A stretch of 64,000 nucleotides of DNA from Parasulfuritortus sp. (GTDB lineage Bacteria; Pseudomonadota; Gammaproteobacteria; Burkholderiales; Thiobacillaceae), in the NCBI GenBank assembly GCA_031291185.1, contig JARLJM010000160.1, positions 3,137 to 67,136 of the forward strand, in the 5' to 3' direction. The notes under the pieces were generated by a model that was given only the letters and a program-made list of their open reading frames with translations, was not told the origin of the DNA and made no database searches. Shown one piece after another: positions 1 through 10,120 of this stretch. The stretch's first letter is position 1. Each line of letters opens with the position of its first letter. The position numbers were made by a program, and so were the translations under genes.

Positions 1-983
1 AAGCTTTCGGTCAGCGAGTTTCCGTTGAAATTGGCCGTGAAGTAGCCGTAGTTCGGATCGGTCGCCAACACCGCGCTTGTGGTTGGCAAGGCATTGTTGG
101 TGCGCGTGCCGATGCCCAGCACCAGCAGGCCGCTGGCTTGCGCCGCCATGCCGGCCGGCAGGCTGATCATGCTGCCATTGTTGTCACTGGCCGAGGCAGA
201 CACCGGGTTCCGGATTTGCTGGGCCACCGGCATGGTCGTGGGACTGCACACGCCGGCGCCGATGCACTGGTAGTAGATCGATACCGCGGTCTGCGCGCAG
301 GCCGCGCCGCAATCCTGCGCGAACAGGCCGATGCCGACAACGCCGTTGCCGCCCAAGGCGCTGGCGCTTTGCAGCGGTGTGCCCCGACCCGTGCAGCTCG
401 AAGGCGTTGTGGCGACGCGCGGGTCAGTGTCGCCAATGACCTGGATCGGGATGTTGAGCGCCGCGTTGCCGTTGTAGCCCGAGCCGCCCCAGCGCATGTC
501 CACCAGGCGCACGCCGCCCCACGCCGCCCCGGAGGCAAAGGGCAGGCATTCGCCCACCACCCCCGCAGCAGTGGACGCTTGGGGCAGCGTCCCGAGCAGC
601 GAGGCGTTGGCTGCGTTGACGGCCGAAGCCAGCAGGCGCAGGCCGACCGAGCCGGTGTCCACCAGCACGTGATCGATCACGGCGCAATTGCTGGTGCTCC
701 CCGGGGCGCAGATTTGGACATCAGCATAGATTGCGTTGGGCAGGGCGGATGGCAGGCCCGAGGGGCCGCCATCGACATAAATCGGCACCACGTTGGCGTC
801 GCCGGCCACGGCGGATGGCGCCGTCGCGCTGTTGGTCAGTGTGGCGGGGGCGGCAGAGCTGCCTCCACCCCCTCCGCAGGCGGCCACGGCGCAGGCCAGC
901 AGACAGGCGAAGCCCCATTGCGACAACCGGGTCCGGGCGCCGGCGCCGCAAACCGTAGGGACGCGTTTCGGATCGACGCTCAT
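1..983 (-). CDS. DUF3443-family lipoprotein, putative pepsin-like aspartic protease (3' end runs off window)
   Basis: Not in the ORF track because it is truncated. Manual translation from ATG 983 (ATGA overlap with the upstream stop) gives MSVDPK...LLACAVAACGGGGGSS (lipobox), VQICAPGSTSNC..IDHVLVDTGSVGLR, then NPV and DNNG motifs typical of DUF3443. Confidence 0.85.
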   Translation of the reverse strand, partial: MSVDPKRVPTVCGAGARTRLSQWGFACLLACAVAACGGGGGSSAAPATLTNSATAPSAVAGDANVVPIYVDGGPSGLPSALPNAIYADVQICAPGSTSNCAVIDHVLVDTGSVGLRLLASAVNAANASLLGTLPQASTAAGVVGECLPFASGAAWGGVRLVDMRWGGSGYNGNAALNIPIQVIGDTDPRVATTPSSCTGRGTPLQSASALGGNGVVGIGLFAQDCGAACAQTAVSIYYQCIGAGVCSPTTMPVAQQIRNPVSASASDNNGSMISLPAGMAAQASGLLVLGIGTRTNNALPTTSAVLATDPNYGYFTANFNGNSLTES

Positions 984-1456
984 TGCGAAAGCTCCTGCAG
1001 GTCGAACCCGGCGGGCAATCTGGAACGCAGATAGGAATAGCCTTTATAGGCACGCAGGTGGCCGCTGGAGACCAGTACCCAGTCCCCGTCGTCTGCCTGC
1101 AGCAGGCGTGGTGAACGTAACGTGTGCGGGGCTTGCTGGGCGGCGTCAAGACGGGCCTTGTAGCTGCCCAGCAGCACCGAGAGGTCGGGCATGACGGGCG
1201 CCGCCCAGGACACCGCGAAGACATTGCCGCTGGCATCCACAAACTCCACGGCACTGCCGCCGGCCGGCAGCGCCATCGACTGGCGTGTGAAAGCCGCCCC
1301 GCTGGCCGTACCGGCCCGGGTCTGGGCCGACAAGGCGTGCGCCTTCAGCCGCGTGGCGTCGGCGGAGAGGTCGGTGGCGTGGCCGCCTAGGGCAGCCCGG
1401 GCGGCACCGGTGGCCAGCACAAACGCCACCGCAGCGGCGGATCGAGGAAGGTACAT
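980..1456 (-). CDS. DUF2844-family secreted protein
   Basis: Signal peptide ending ARA-ALGG; motifs VFAVSWAAPVMPDLSVLLGSY, GHLRAYKGYSY and LPAGF; lies directly upstream of DUF3443, the usual pairing. Confidence 0.85.
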   Translation of the reverse strand: MYLPRSAAAVAFVLATGAARAALGGHATDLSADATRLKAHALSAQTRAGTASGAAFTRQSMALPAGGSAVEFVDASGNVFAVSWAAPVMPDLSVLLGSYKARLDAAQQAPHTLRSPRLLQADDGDWVLVSSGHLRAYKGYSYLRSRLPAGFDLQELSQ

Positions 1457-1481
1457 GGCCGGTTTTCCTGAAAGCGGTGAC

Positions 1482-1970
1482 TCAAGTGGTTACGCTGGGG
1501 TCGCAGTGCACGAGTTCCAGCGGATAGCGGCGACCCGCGAGGTAATCCTCCATGCAGGGCAGCAGCAGCGGGCTGCGGTGGCGGGCGGCACTGGCGCGAA
1601 TCTCATCCGGGGTCAGCCACAGCGTGCGCACGATGCCATGGTCGAGCGTGCGGCGCGCGTCGGCGGCTCCCAGTGCGCCGCAAAAGGCGAAACGCAGGTA
1701 GGTGATGTCTTCGTCTGGTTCGCCGTTCGGGCCCTCGCGCCGAAAGCGCGACAGGTACACGCCGACCAGTGCCTCGGGGGTGAACGCATACGTGGTTTCT
1801 TCGAGGGTTTCACGCGCACAGCCCTGCGCCGGCGACTCACCGGGGTCGAGGTGGCCGGCCGGGTTGTTGAGCTTCAGACCTTCGGGCGTGTGCTCCTCGA
1901 CCAGCAGGAATTTGCCGTCTTTTTCAATGATCGCGGCGACCGTGACGCTGGGCTTCCATCGTGTATCCAT
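1482..1970 (-). CDS. NUDIX hydrolase (NudJ/YmfB-like)
   Basis: Nudix box GHLDPGESPAQGCARETLEET; N-terminal WKPSVTVAA. Confidence 0.9.
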   Translation of the reverse strand: MDTRWKPSVTVAAIIEKDGKFLLVEEHTPEGLKLNNPAGHLDPGESPAQGCARETLEETTYAFTPEALVGVYLSRFRREGPNGEPDEDITYLRFAFCGALGAADARRTLDHGIVRTLWLTPDEIRASAARHRSPLLLPCMEDYLAGRRYPLELVHCDPSVTT

Positions 1971-2086
1971 GAGTCATTATGGCAACACGCCAGCCCGCTG
2001 GTACGGCATGGCGATCAGTCATAAAACGACGTGAAGTAATGTAAGCTTGAGGCAAATCCAGATTCAACAACGAGAGGAGACGCTCC

Positions 2087-3214
2087 ATGCAGATAGGCGT
2101 ACCTGCCGAAACCACGGTGGGCGAGACCCGCGTTGCCGTCACCCCCGAGACGGCCAAGAAACTCATTGCCCAGGGCCACACCCTGCGCGTCCAGTCAGGC
2201 GCCGGCGTGGCCGCCAGCGTCACCGACGAAGCGTATGCGGCGGCCGGTGCCCAGATCACGGATGGGCCCGGCGCCTTTGGCTGCGAGCTGGTGCTCAAGG
2301 TCCGAACCCCGTTCGGCGGCGAGCTGACGCTGATGAAGCCCGGCACCACGGTGGTCGGCATGCTCAATCCGTTCGATGCGGCGGGCCTGCAAAGCCTGGC
2401 CGCCGCCCAGCTCACCGGCTTTGCGCTCGAGGCCGCACCGCGCACCACCCGGGCGCAGAGCATGGACGTGCTCTCCAGCCAGGCCAATATCGCAGGCTAC
2501 AAGGCCGTCATCATGGCGGCCGACGGCTACCAGCGCTTTTTCCCCATGCTGATGACAGCGGCCGGCACCGTCAAGGCCGCCCGCGTCGTGATCCTGGGGG
2601 TCGGCGTCGCCGGGCTGCAGGCCATTGCCACGGCCAAACGGCTGGGCGCCGTGATCGAGGCCTCCGACGTGCGCCCCAGTGTGAAGGAGCAGATCGAGTC
2701 GCTCGGCGGCAAATTCATTGAAGTGTCGTATGACACGCCCGAAGAAAAAGAGGCGGCGGTGGGCGTGGGCGGCTACGCCAAACCGATGCCGGCGAGCTGG
2801 CTGGCGCGCCAGCAGGTCGAGGTCGCCAAGCGTGTCGCGCTGGCCGACATCGTGATCAGCACGGCGCTGATCCCGGGCCGCCCGGCCCCGGTGCTGATCA
2901 CCGAGGAGATGGTCAAGTCCATGAAGCCGGGCTCGGTGATCGTGGACCTTGCCGCCGGCAAGGGCCCGGGCGGCGGCGGCAACTGCCCGCTGACCGAGAC
3001 CGACCGGACCGTCGTGAAATACGGCGTGACGCTGGTCGGCGAGACCAACCTGCCCGCGCTGGTGGCGGCCGATGCGTCGGCGCTGTATGCCCGCAACGTG
3101 CTCGACTTCCTCAAGCTGATCCTGCCCAAGGAAGGCGCCCTCAAGATCGACCTGGAAGACGACATCGTGGCGGCCTGCCTGATGACCCAGAACGGCGAAG
3201 TGCGCCGCAAATAA
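2087..3214 (+). CDS. pntAA: NAD(P) transhydrogenase subunit alpha part 1
   Basis: RAQSMDVLSSQANIAGYKAV, GVGVAGLQA and GGYAK motifs; SD GAGGAG upstream. Confidence 0.95.
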   Translation: MQIGVPAETTVGETRVAVTPETAKKLIAQGHTLRVQSGAGVAASVTDEAYAAAGAQITDGPGAFGCELVLKVRTPFGGELTLMKPGTTVVGMLNPFDAAGLQSLAAAQLTGFALEAAPRTTRAQSMDVLSSQANIAGYKAVIMAADGYQRFFPMLMTAAGTVKAARVVILGVGVAGLQAIATAKRLGAVIEASDVRPSVKEQIESLGGKFIEVSYDTPEEKEAAVGVGGYAKPMPASWLARQQVEVAKRVALADIVISTALIPGRPAPVLITEEMVKSMKPGSVIVDLAAGKGPGGGGNCPLTETDRTVVKYGVTLVGETNLPALVAADASALYARNVLDFLKLILPKEGALKIDLEDDIVAACLMTQNGEVRRK

Positions 3215-3241
3215 CGACCCCACATCACCAGGAGCGACATC

Positions 3242-3571
3242 ATGGACGCCGTCTCACCCACCATTCTCAATCTGATCATTTTCGTGCTGGCCGTTTACGT
3301 TGGCTACCACGTGGTCTGGACCGTCACGCCGGCCCTGCACACGCCTCTGATGGCGGTGACCAATGCGATTTCGGCCATCGTGATCGTTGGCGCCATGTTG
3401 GCTGCTGCGCTGACCGAAACCGGCCTGGGCAAGACCATGGGCGTGCTGGCGGTGGCGCTGGCCTCCGTGAACATCTTTGGCGGCTTTCTGGTGACGCGCC
3501 GCATGCTGGAGATGTTCAAGAAGAAAGAGAAAAAGGCAGCGCCCGCAGCGGACAAGGGGAATGCGGCATGA
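3242..3571 (+). CDS. pntAB: NAD(P) transhydrogenase subunit alpha part 2
   Basis: VTPALHTPLMAVTNAIS and NIFGGFLVTRRML motifs. Confidence 0.95.
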   Translation: MDAVSPTILNLIIFVLAVYVGYHVVWTVTPALHTPLMAVTNAISAIVIVGAMLAAALTETGLGKTMGVLAVALASVNIFGGFLVTRRMLEMFKKKEKKAAPAADKGNAA

Positions 3572-4995
3572 GCATGAACGTCGTCACCCTGCTGTACCTG
3601 TTTGCCTCGATCTGCTTCATCCAGGCCCTCAAGGGTCTGTCGCACCCCACCACCTCGATCCGTGGCAACTTCTTCGGCATGCTTGGCATGGCGGTGGCCA
3701 TCCTGACCACGGCGGCCCTGATTGTCGAACGGTCCGGCGGCCAGGCGCTGGGCATGGCCTGGGTGCTGCTCGGCGCGGTCGTCGGCGGCGGCTACGGCGC
3801 CTACCGCGCCAAGACCGTCGAGATGACGCAAATGCCCGAGCTGGTGGCCTTCTTTCACAGCATGATCGGTCTGGCCGCGGTGTTCATTGCCGTGGCCGCC
3901 GTGGCCGAGCCCTCCGCCCTGTTGGAGGGGCTGGCGAAAGGCGCTGCCATTCCCACTGGCAACCGCCTTGAATTGTTCCTGGGCGCGGCCATCGGCGCCA
4001 TCACCTTCAGCGGCTCGGTGATTGCCTTCGGCAAGCTCAGCGGCAAGTACAAGTTTCGCCTGTTCCAGGGTGCGCCGGTGCAGTTCTCCGGCCAGCACAT
4101 GCTCAACCTGGTGCTGGGCCTGCTGACCATCGGGCTCGGCATCGCCTTCATGGCGACCGAGAGCTGGACGGCGTTTTTCGCGATGCTGGCGCTGAGCTTC
4201 GTCATGGGCGTGCTGATCATCATTCCGATCGGCGGGGCCGACATGCCGGTGGTGGTGTCCATGCTCAACAGCTACTCGGGCTGGGCCGCGGCCGGCATCG
4301 GCTTTTCGCTCAATAACGCGATGCTGATCATTGCCGGCTCGCTGGTCGGCTCGTCGGGCGCGATCCTCTCCTACATCATGTGCAAGGCCATGAATCGCTC
4401 GTTTTTCAACGTGATTCTGGGCGGCTTCGGAGGCGAGGCGACGGCCGCTGTGGCCGGCAGCGCGGTGCAGCGCCCGGTCAAGACCGGCAGCGCCGACGAT
4501 GCGGCCTTTGTGTTGAGCAATGCCGAGACCGTGGTCATCGTGCCCGGTTACGGCCTGGCCGTGGCACGCGCCCAGCACGCCGTGAAGGAGCTGGCCGAGA
4601 AGCTGACCGAGAAAGGCATCAGCGTCAAGTACGCGATCCACCCGGTGGCCGGGCGCATGCCGGGCCACATGAACGTGCTGCTGGCCGAGGCTGAGGTGCC
4701 GTACGACCAGGTGTTCGAGATGGAAGACATCAACGGTGAATTCGGCCAGGTCGATGTGGCCATCATCCTGGGCGCCAACGACGTGGTGAACCCGGCCGCG
4801 CTGGTCAAGGGCAGCCCGATCTACGGCATGCCGATCCTGGAAGCCTACAAGGCCAAGACCGTGATCGTGAACAAGCGCTCGATGGCCGCCGGCTACGCGG
4901 GGCTGGACAACGAGCTGTTCTACATGGACAAGACCATGATGGTGTTTGGCGATGCGAAGAAAATCGTCGAGGAGATGGGCAAGGCCATCGAGTGA
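3568..4995 (+). CDS. pntB: NAD(P) transhydrogenase subunit beta
   Basis: IGGADMPVVVSMLNSYSG, VPGYGLAVA and HPVAGRMPGHMNVLLAEA motifs; ATGA coupling. Confidence 0.97.
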   Translation: MSMNVVTLLYLFASICFIQALKGLSHPTTSIRGNFFGMLGMAVAILTTAALIVERSGGQALGMAWVLLGAVVGGGYGAYRAKTVEMTQMPELVAFFHSMIGLAAVFIAVAAVAEPSALLEGLAKGAAIPTGNRLELFLGAAIGAITFSGSVIAFGKLSGKYKFRLFQGAPVQFSGQHMLNLVLGLLTIGLGIAFMATESWTAFFAMLALSFVMGVLIIIPIGGADMPVVVSMLNSYSGWAAAGIGFSLNNAMLIIAGSLVGSSGAILSYIMCKAMNRSFFNVILGGFGGEATAAVAGSAVQRPVKTGSADDAAFVLSNAETVVIVPGYGLAVARAQHAVKELAEKLTEKGISVKYAIHPVAGRMPGHMNVLLAEAEVPYDQVFEMEDINGEFGQVDVAIILGANDVVNPAALVKGSPIYGMPILEAYKAKTVIVNKRSMAAGYAGLDNELFYMDKTMMVFGDAKKIVEEMGKAIE

Positions 4996-5141
4996 GGCCA
5001 CCCCGAACGCGGCCGTGACGGCTGCGTTGCCCGATTAGAGGCCCGACTCTTGAAATCCCTAGGGAAAACACACTCGCCGCAGGCGGGAGGGGCGCAGACA
5101 ATGCCCGTGTTTCATCGTTTTGGAAGTTTGGAGACCGCCTC

Positions 5142-6818
5142 ATGACCGCTCGCCCCTGGCTCAACGCCTACCCCGCCGGTGTTCCGGCCGACATCGACGT
5201 CAACCAGTACACGTCGCTGGTGGAGTTGATCGACAACGCCTTCCGCAAGAACGCGAACAAGCTGGCCTACAGCTTCATGGGCCGGGCCATCAGCTACGCG
5301 CAAACCGACAGCCTGTCCCGGGCCTTTGCCGCCTACCTGCAAAGCCTGGGCCTGCAGCAGGGCGACCGCGTCGCCATCATGATGCCGAACGTACCGCAGT
5401 ACCCCGTGGCGGTGGCCGGCATCCTGCGCGCCGGCTGCGTGGTCGTCAACGTGAACCCGCTGTACACCCCGCGCGAGCTCGAGCACCAGTTGAAGGACAG
5501 CGGGGCCAAGGCCATCGTGATCATCGAGAACTTCGCCACCACGCTGCAGCAGTGCGTGGCGCAAACGCCCGTCAAGCACATCGTGCTGTGCGCCATGGGC
5601 GACCAGCTGGGGCCGATCAAGGGTGCCCTCGTCAACTACGTGGTGCGCAACAAGCGGAAAATGGTGCCGCCGTTCAACCTGCCCGGGGCCGTGCGGTTCA
5701 ATGACGCGGTCGCCCAGGGCACGCGCGGCAGCTTGAAGAAGCCGTCGATCAAGGCGGACGACGTGGCGGTGCTGCAATACACCGGCGGCACCACCGGCGT
5801 GAGCAAGGGCGCCACGCTATTGCACCGCAATCTGGTCGCCAACATCCTGCAGTCCGAAGCCTGGTACCAGCCGGCCCTCAAGAAGATCCCGGCGGGCGAG
5901 CAGATCGTCACCGTCTGCGCGCTGCCGCTGTATCACATCTTCGGCTTCAACACCAACATGATGCTGTCGCTGCACATGGGCGGGGCCAACATCCTGATCG
6001 CCAACCCGCGCGACCTGGGCGCCACGCTCAAGGAGTTGTCGCAGCACAAGTTTCACAGCTTTCCGGCCGTCAATACGCTGTTCAACGGCCTGCTGAACCA
6101 CCCGGATTTCGCCGTGGCGAACTGGGGCAGCCTGAAGATCTCGGTGGGCGGCGGCATGGCGGTGCAAAGCGCGGTCGCCAAGCAGTGGCTGGAGAAGACC
6201 GGCTGCCCGATCGTGGAAGGCTATGGCCTGTCGGAGACCAGCCCGTCGGTCACCTGCAACCCGGTGGACAGCACGGCCTACAGCGGCAACATCGGCCTGC
6301 CCATGCCCAACACCGAACTCAAGCTGCTGGACGACGACGGCAACGAGGTGCCGCCGGGCCAGCCCGGTGAAATCGCCATCCGCGGCCCGCAGGTCATGGC
6401 GGGCTACTGGCAGCGGCCGGACGAGACCGCCAAGGTCATGACGGCGGACGGCTTTTTCCGCTCGGGCGATATCGGCACGATGGACGAGCGCGGCTTCTTC
6501 AAGATCGTGGACCGCAAGAAGGACATGGTGCTGGTCAGCGGCTTCAACGTCTATCCCAACGAGGTGGAAGACGTGGTGGCGCAGATGCCCGGCGTGCTGG
6601 AATGCGCGGTGGTCGGGGTACCCGACGCCAGGTCGGGCGAGGCGGTCAAGCTGGTGATCGTCAAGAAGGATCCCGCCCTGACCGAGGAGCAGGTCCGCGC
6701 CTTTTGCAAGGCCAACCTGACCGGCTACAAGCAGCCCCGGGTGATCGAATTCCGCACCGATCTGCCGAAGACGCCGGTCGGCAAGATTTTGCGGCGCGAA
6801 TTGCGCGACAAGAAGTAA
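5142..6818 (+). CDS. fadD: Long-chain-fatty-acid--CoA ligase
   Basis: AMP-binding motifs YTGGTTGVSKG, EGYGLSET, DRKKDM and LPKTPVGKILRR. Confidence 0.88.
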   Translation: MTARPWLNAYPAGVPADIDVNQYTSLVELIDNAFRKNANKLAYSFMGRAISYAQTDSLSRAFAAYLQSLGLQQGDRVAIMMPNVPQYPVAVAGILRAGCVVVNVNPLYTPRELEHQLKDSGAKAIVIIENFATTLQQCVAQTPVKHIVLCAMGDQLGPIKGALVNYVVRNKRKMVPPFNLPGAVRFNDAVAQGTRGSLKKPSIKADDVAVLQYTGGTTGVSKGATLLHRNLVANILQSEAWYQPALKKIPAGEQIVTVCALPLYHIFGFNTNMMLSLHMGGANILIANPRDLGATLKELSQHKFHSFPAVNTLFNGLLNHPDFAVANWGSLKISVGGGMAVQSAVAKQWLEKTGCPIVEGYGLSETSPSVTCNPVDSTAYSGNIGLPMPNTELKLLDDDGNEVPPGQPGEIAIRGPQVMAGYWQRPDETAKVMTADGFFRSGDIGTMDERGFFKIVDRKKDMVLVSGFNVYPNEVEDVVAQMPGVLECAVVGVPDARSGEAVKLVIVKKDPALTEEQVRAFCKANLTGYKQPRVIEFRTDLPKTPVGKILRRELRDKK

Positions 6819-6884
6819 AACCAGTCAACGCCCGTGCACGGCGCGCGGTATGCGCCTGCGCGGCCCGCCGGACCTTATCGTTTC

Positions 6885-7637
6885 ATGACACGCATCGCCA
6901 TCCTGAGCGCGCTGATGGAGGAGCAGCACGGCTTGCTGGCGCTGCTCCAGCAGCCGCACAAAACCACCCACGCGGGCCGCGACTTCTGGCTCGGCGAGCT
7001 GCACGGCCAGAGCGTGGTGCTGGCGCTGTCGCGCATCGGCAAGGTGGCGGCGGCGACCACCGCGACCGCCCTGATAGAGCAATTTGGCGTCGCGCGCATC
7101 GTCTTCACCGGCGTGGCCGGCGGGCTGGCACCGGGCGTGCAAGTGGGCGATGTGGTGGTGGCCAGCGGCTTTGTGCAGCACGACATGGACGCCTCGCCGA
7201 TCTTTCCGCGCTACGAGCTGCCGTTGTACGGGCGGTCGCTGATCGCTTGCGACACGGCCTTGTCCGCTCTTCTTTTTGAAGCGGCCGAAGCCCATTTGGC
7301 AAGGGTTGGTGCAGGTTTTGATGCCTCATCGGGGGTGGCGGCGCACCGGGTGCATCGCGGCCTGATTGCCAGCGGCGACCGCTTCGTGTCCGCGGCCGGT
7401 GAGTCTGTCGCGCTGCGCAGCGCCTTGCAGTCGGCGGGCCATGAAGCGCTGGCGGTCGAGATGGAAGGCGCGGCGGTGGCCCAGGTCTGCTTTGACTACG
7501 GTGTGCCGTTCGCCGCCGTGCGCACCATCTCGGACCGCGCGGACGACCAGGCGCATGTGGATTTCGCGCAATTCGTGCGCGAAGTGGCCAGCCGCTATGC
7601 CTGCGCCATCATCGGCGCGTGGCTTGGGTTGCTATAA
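6885..7637 (+). CDS. mtnN: 5'-methylthioadenosine/S-adenosylhomocysteine nucleosidase
   Basis: SRIGKVAAA, FTGVAGG, SGDRFV, VEMEGAA and RTISD motifs; start moved to ATG 6885 (MTRIAILSA). Confidence 0.92.
   Translation: MTRIAILSALMEEQHGLLALLQQPHKTTHAGRDFWLGELHGQSVVLALSRIGKVAAATTATALIEQFGVARIVFTGVAGGLAPGVQVGDVVVASGFVQHDMDASPIFPRYELPLYGRSLIACDTALSALLFEAAEAHLARVGAGFDASSGVAAHRVHRGLIASGDRFVSAAGESVALRSALQSAGHEALAVEMEGAAVAQVCFDYGVPFAAVRTISDRADDQAHVDFAQFVREVASRYACAIIGAWLGLL
7266..7321 (+). repeat. 56-bp spaced motif, copy 1 (inside mtnN)
   Basis: GCT CTTCTTTTTGA AGC N18 AAGGGTT N8 TTTTGA. Confidence 0.7.
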
Positions 7638-7686
7638 AAAATGTAGCTTCTGTCTTATATCCAGCAAGGGCTGGCGCGATTTTTAT
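7631..7686 (+). repeat. 56-bp spaced motif, copy 2 (overlaps the mtnN stop)
   Basis: GCT ATAAAAAATGT AGC N18 AAGGGCT N8 TTTTAT. Confidence 0.85.
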
Positions 7687-7709
7687 TTCAGAATGAGCGG
7701 GTGCCCGCC

Positions 7710-8927
7710 TCAGGCGCCCGCGAAGAACGCCAGCAACTCGCCCTTGCGGGCATAGGCGTCCTGCGCGCCCAGCGCCATCAGGGCCTGCACAAAACCGGGC
7801 TCGAAAAGCAGGTAGCTGGCCAGCGCGGCGCCGCCGCCGTTGGACGCACCCAGGCCGCCGAGGGCGCGGCGCACCCGGGCGGGCAGTTCGTGGGCATGCA
7901 CTTGCGCCAGCGCATCGAGCGACTGGCTGGGCTGGATCGACAGCACATCGACGCTGCGGTAGGACAGGCCGGCCACCAGTTCGCGCGGCAACTGCTTCAT
8001 GGTTTTGGTCACACGCTGGGCCTGCTCGACGTCCGCCTGCAGCGTGTCATGGAACACGCTGGCCATGGCGTGGCCGGCAATGCTGCCCAGCGTCGGCCCG
8101 TGCGCGCCCTCTTGCACCGTGGTGCCGACCAGGCTCGAGCGCTGCGGCTGCCCGACGCCCACCACCAGCACCTTCTGCGCGCCCAGGTGCATGGCAGGTG
8201 ACAGCGGCGAGACCTGGCGCATCGAGCCGTCGCCAAAGAACTCGCGCCGCCCGTCCACCCACAGCGGTGTGGCCGGAAAGAGAAACGGGATCGCGCTCGA
8301 GGCGATCAGGTGCTCGATGGTGATGGGCTGGAACTCGGCGCGACGGCCCGGCCGGATCCACGTCTGGGGCGCCGCATCGTGCGCCGTGTGGCAAAACGTC
8401 CAGTGCACGCCGCTGGTATAGCTGGACGCCGTGACGGCCAGCACCTCGATGGTTCCGCTGCGCAGCGCCTCTTCGATGGCCGGCAGCGAGATGGCGCGGT
8501 GCAAGGTGTCCACCAGTGGCATGTTGTCCAGGATGGCGCCCTGCGCCAGCGCCTGGCGCGACAGGCTCAGGGCCGCCAGAAACCGGCCGATGCCGCCCGA
8601 CCACGGAATCCGCGACGAGACATTGAGCGCATACACATGGTCCGAGCGCAGCTGCTCCCAGAACTGCGCCAGCCGGTCGAAGGCTTGCAGCCCCGCGGTG
8701 GCGCAGCCCGCCAGAAACGTCGTGTTCAAGGCGCCGGCCGAGGTGCCCACCAGGATCTGGAACGGGAAGGTCTGCGTTGCCTGCGGCTGCAGCCGCAGCA
8801 TCGCCGAGAGCGCCTGCAGCACGCCGACCTGGTAGGCGGTGCGGGCGCCACCGCCCATCAGGACCAGCGCGTTGCGGGGATAAGGTGCAAGGGTAAACCC
8901 TGCATGAATAACGGTGTCCAGACTCAT
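7710..8927 (-). CDS. Patatin-like phospholipase
   Basis: MGGGAR oxyanion loop, GTSAG nucleophile elbow and DGS catalytic Asp; start chosen at ATG 8927 (uncertain). Confidence 0.88.
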   Translation of the reverse strand: MSLDTVIHAGFTLAPYPRNALVLMGGGARTAYQVGVLQALSAMLRLQPQATQTFPFQILVGTSAGALNTTFLAGCATAGLQAFDRLAQFWEQLRSDHVYALNVSSRIPWSGGIGRFLAALSLSRQALAQGAILDNMPLVDTLHRAISLPAIEEALRSGTIEVLAVTASSYTSGVHWTFCHTAHDAAPQTWIRPGRRAEFQPITIEHLIASSAIPFLFPATPLWVDGRREFFGDGSMRQVSPLSPAMHLGAQKVLVVGVGQPQRSSLVGTTVQEGAHGPTLGSIAGHAMASVFHDTLQADVEQAQRVTKTMKQLPRELVAGLSYRSVDVLSIQPSQSLDALAQVHAHELPARVRRALGGLGASNGGGAALASYLLFEPGFVQALMALGAQDAYARKGELLAFFAGA

Positions 8928-9140
8928 GGATAAACGGTGAGGCAAGGGCCGGGGTGCGGCCAGGGTGGAAGGCCCCTGCTTCATAGGGCGGATACGGAGG
9001 GCTGTCAAGACTTCTGTGGGACAGGGATTGCTTTTAACCGACAACCGGGGCATAGTGAACTCGCCCTCAGAAATTCATGTTTCGCCTGCCACTTGCAGCC
9101 TCGCGGGTGGCAATTTCAACCCAGAGCCCAGGAGGTTTTT

Positions 9141-9476
9141 ATGAATTTGACGATCAGCGGTCACCACCTTGAAGTTACCCCTGCCCTGCGCAGCTACGTG
9201 ACGGCCAAGCTGGATCGAATCAGCCGCCACTTTGACCAGGTTATGGATGTCAAGGTGCTGCTCACCGTTGAGAAACAGAAGGAAAAGGAAGGAAGGCAAC
9301 GCGCCGAGTGCAATATTCATGTCAAGGGGAACGACATGTTTGCAGAAAGTTCGCACGAGGATCTATATGCCGCCGTGGACGAGCTGGTCGACAAGCTGGA
9401 TCGCCAGGTAGTGCGCCACAAGGACCGGCTGCAGCAGCACAACCATATAGGGGCCAAACGCGTGGCGGTGATGTAA
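9141..9476 (+). CDS. hpf: Ribosome hibernation promoting factor (HPF/RaiA)
   Basis: [20 protein letters not shown]...[17 protein letters not shown]; SD AGGAGG before ATG 9141. Confidence 0.93.
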   Translation: MNLTISGHHLEVTPALRSYVTAKLDRISRHFDQVMDVKVLLTVEKQKEKEGRQRAECNIHVKGNDMFAESSHEDLYAAVDELVDKLDRQVVRHKDRLQQHNHIGAKRVAVM

Positions 9477-9512
9477 ACGCCGCGTGGGGCCACCCGCGCG
9501 GACCACGCCAAG

Positions 9513-9539
9513 CCGCCCGACCTTCGGGCGGTTTTTTTT
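9513..9539 (+). terminator. Rho-independent terminator after hpf
   Basis: CCGCCCGA-CCT-TCGGGCGG followed by 8 T. Confidence 0.85.
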
Positions 9540-9646
9540 GGCGCTGTCGTGACTTAGTTGGCACTTCAGCGCGGCAATCATGGTGTTTTATGACGGGCCT
9601 ATGACCCCCGCGCGGCGCAGGTGCATAATCCGTTTCGATTACTCCT

Positions 9647-10114
9647 ATGAACCGTCTCGCGTCCATCCTTCCCGCCGCTCAAGTCCTCGTGGGCGTCGAT
9701 GCCACCAGCAAGAAGCGCGCTTTCGAAGAAGCCGGCCTGCTGTTCGAGAACCTCCATGGCCTGTCGCGCGCGCTTGTCACCGACAGCCTGTTCGCCCGCG
9801 AGCGGCTGGGCTCGACCGGACTCGGCCATGGCGTGGCCATCCCGCATGGGCGCATCAAGGGCCTGAAGGCGCCGATGGCGGCCGTGTTCCAGCTGGCGCA
9901 ACCGATTGGCTTCGATGCGCCCGACGAACAACCCGTGGGCTTGCTCATTTTCCTGCTGGTGCCCGAGGCCGCGACCCAGAAGCATCTGGAAATTCTCTCG
10001 GAGATTGCCGAGCTGCTGAGCGATGCAGCCCTGCGGGAGAAAATCAAGGCCAGCACCGATGCGGCAATATTGCACACCCTGATTTCGACGTGGCAGTCGG
10101 CGCAACTGGCCTAA
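9647..10114 (+). CDS. ptsN: PTS IIA-like nitrogen regulatory protein
   Basis: RERLGSTGLGHGVAIPHGR phospho-His motif. Confidence 0.93.
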   Translation: MNRLASILPAAQVLVGVDATSKKRAFEEAGLLFENLHGLSRALVTDSLFARERLGSTGLGHGVAIPHGRIKGLKAPMAAVFQLAQPIGFDAPDEQPVGLLIFLLVPEAATQKHLEILSEIAELLSDAALREKIKASTDAAILHTLISTWQSAQLA

Positions 10115-10120
10115 GGTATG

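Noticed and set aside
1039-1080. AGCCTTT-N18-GCT inside DUF2844, partly matching the motif
   Set aside because: No AT-rich N11 core, no closing AGC and no W-tract.
5058-5070. TAGGGAAAAC upstream of fadD and GGGTAAACCC at 8891-8900 as a shared operator
   Set aside because: Only two short, imperfectly matching instances; not enough to call.
8937-9140. N-terminal extensions in the ORF track (hpf, patatin, bamE, lptE, gshB, GT2, LysR)
   Set aside because: Homology and SD or coupling evidence begin at downstream starts, so the coordinates were trimmed.
9559-9580. TTGGCAC upstream of ptsN as a sigma-54 promoter
   Set aside because: No TTGC at the -12 position.
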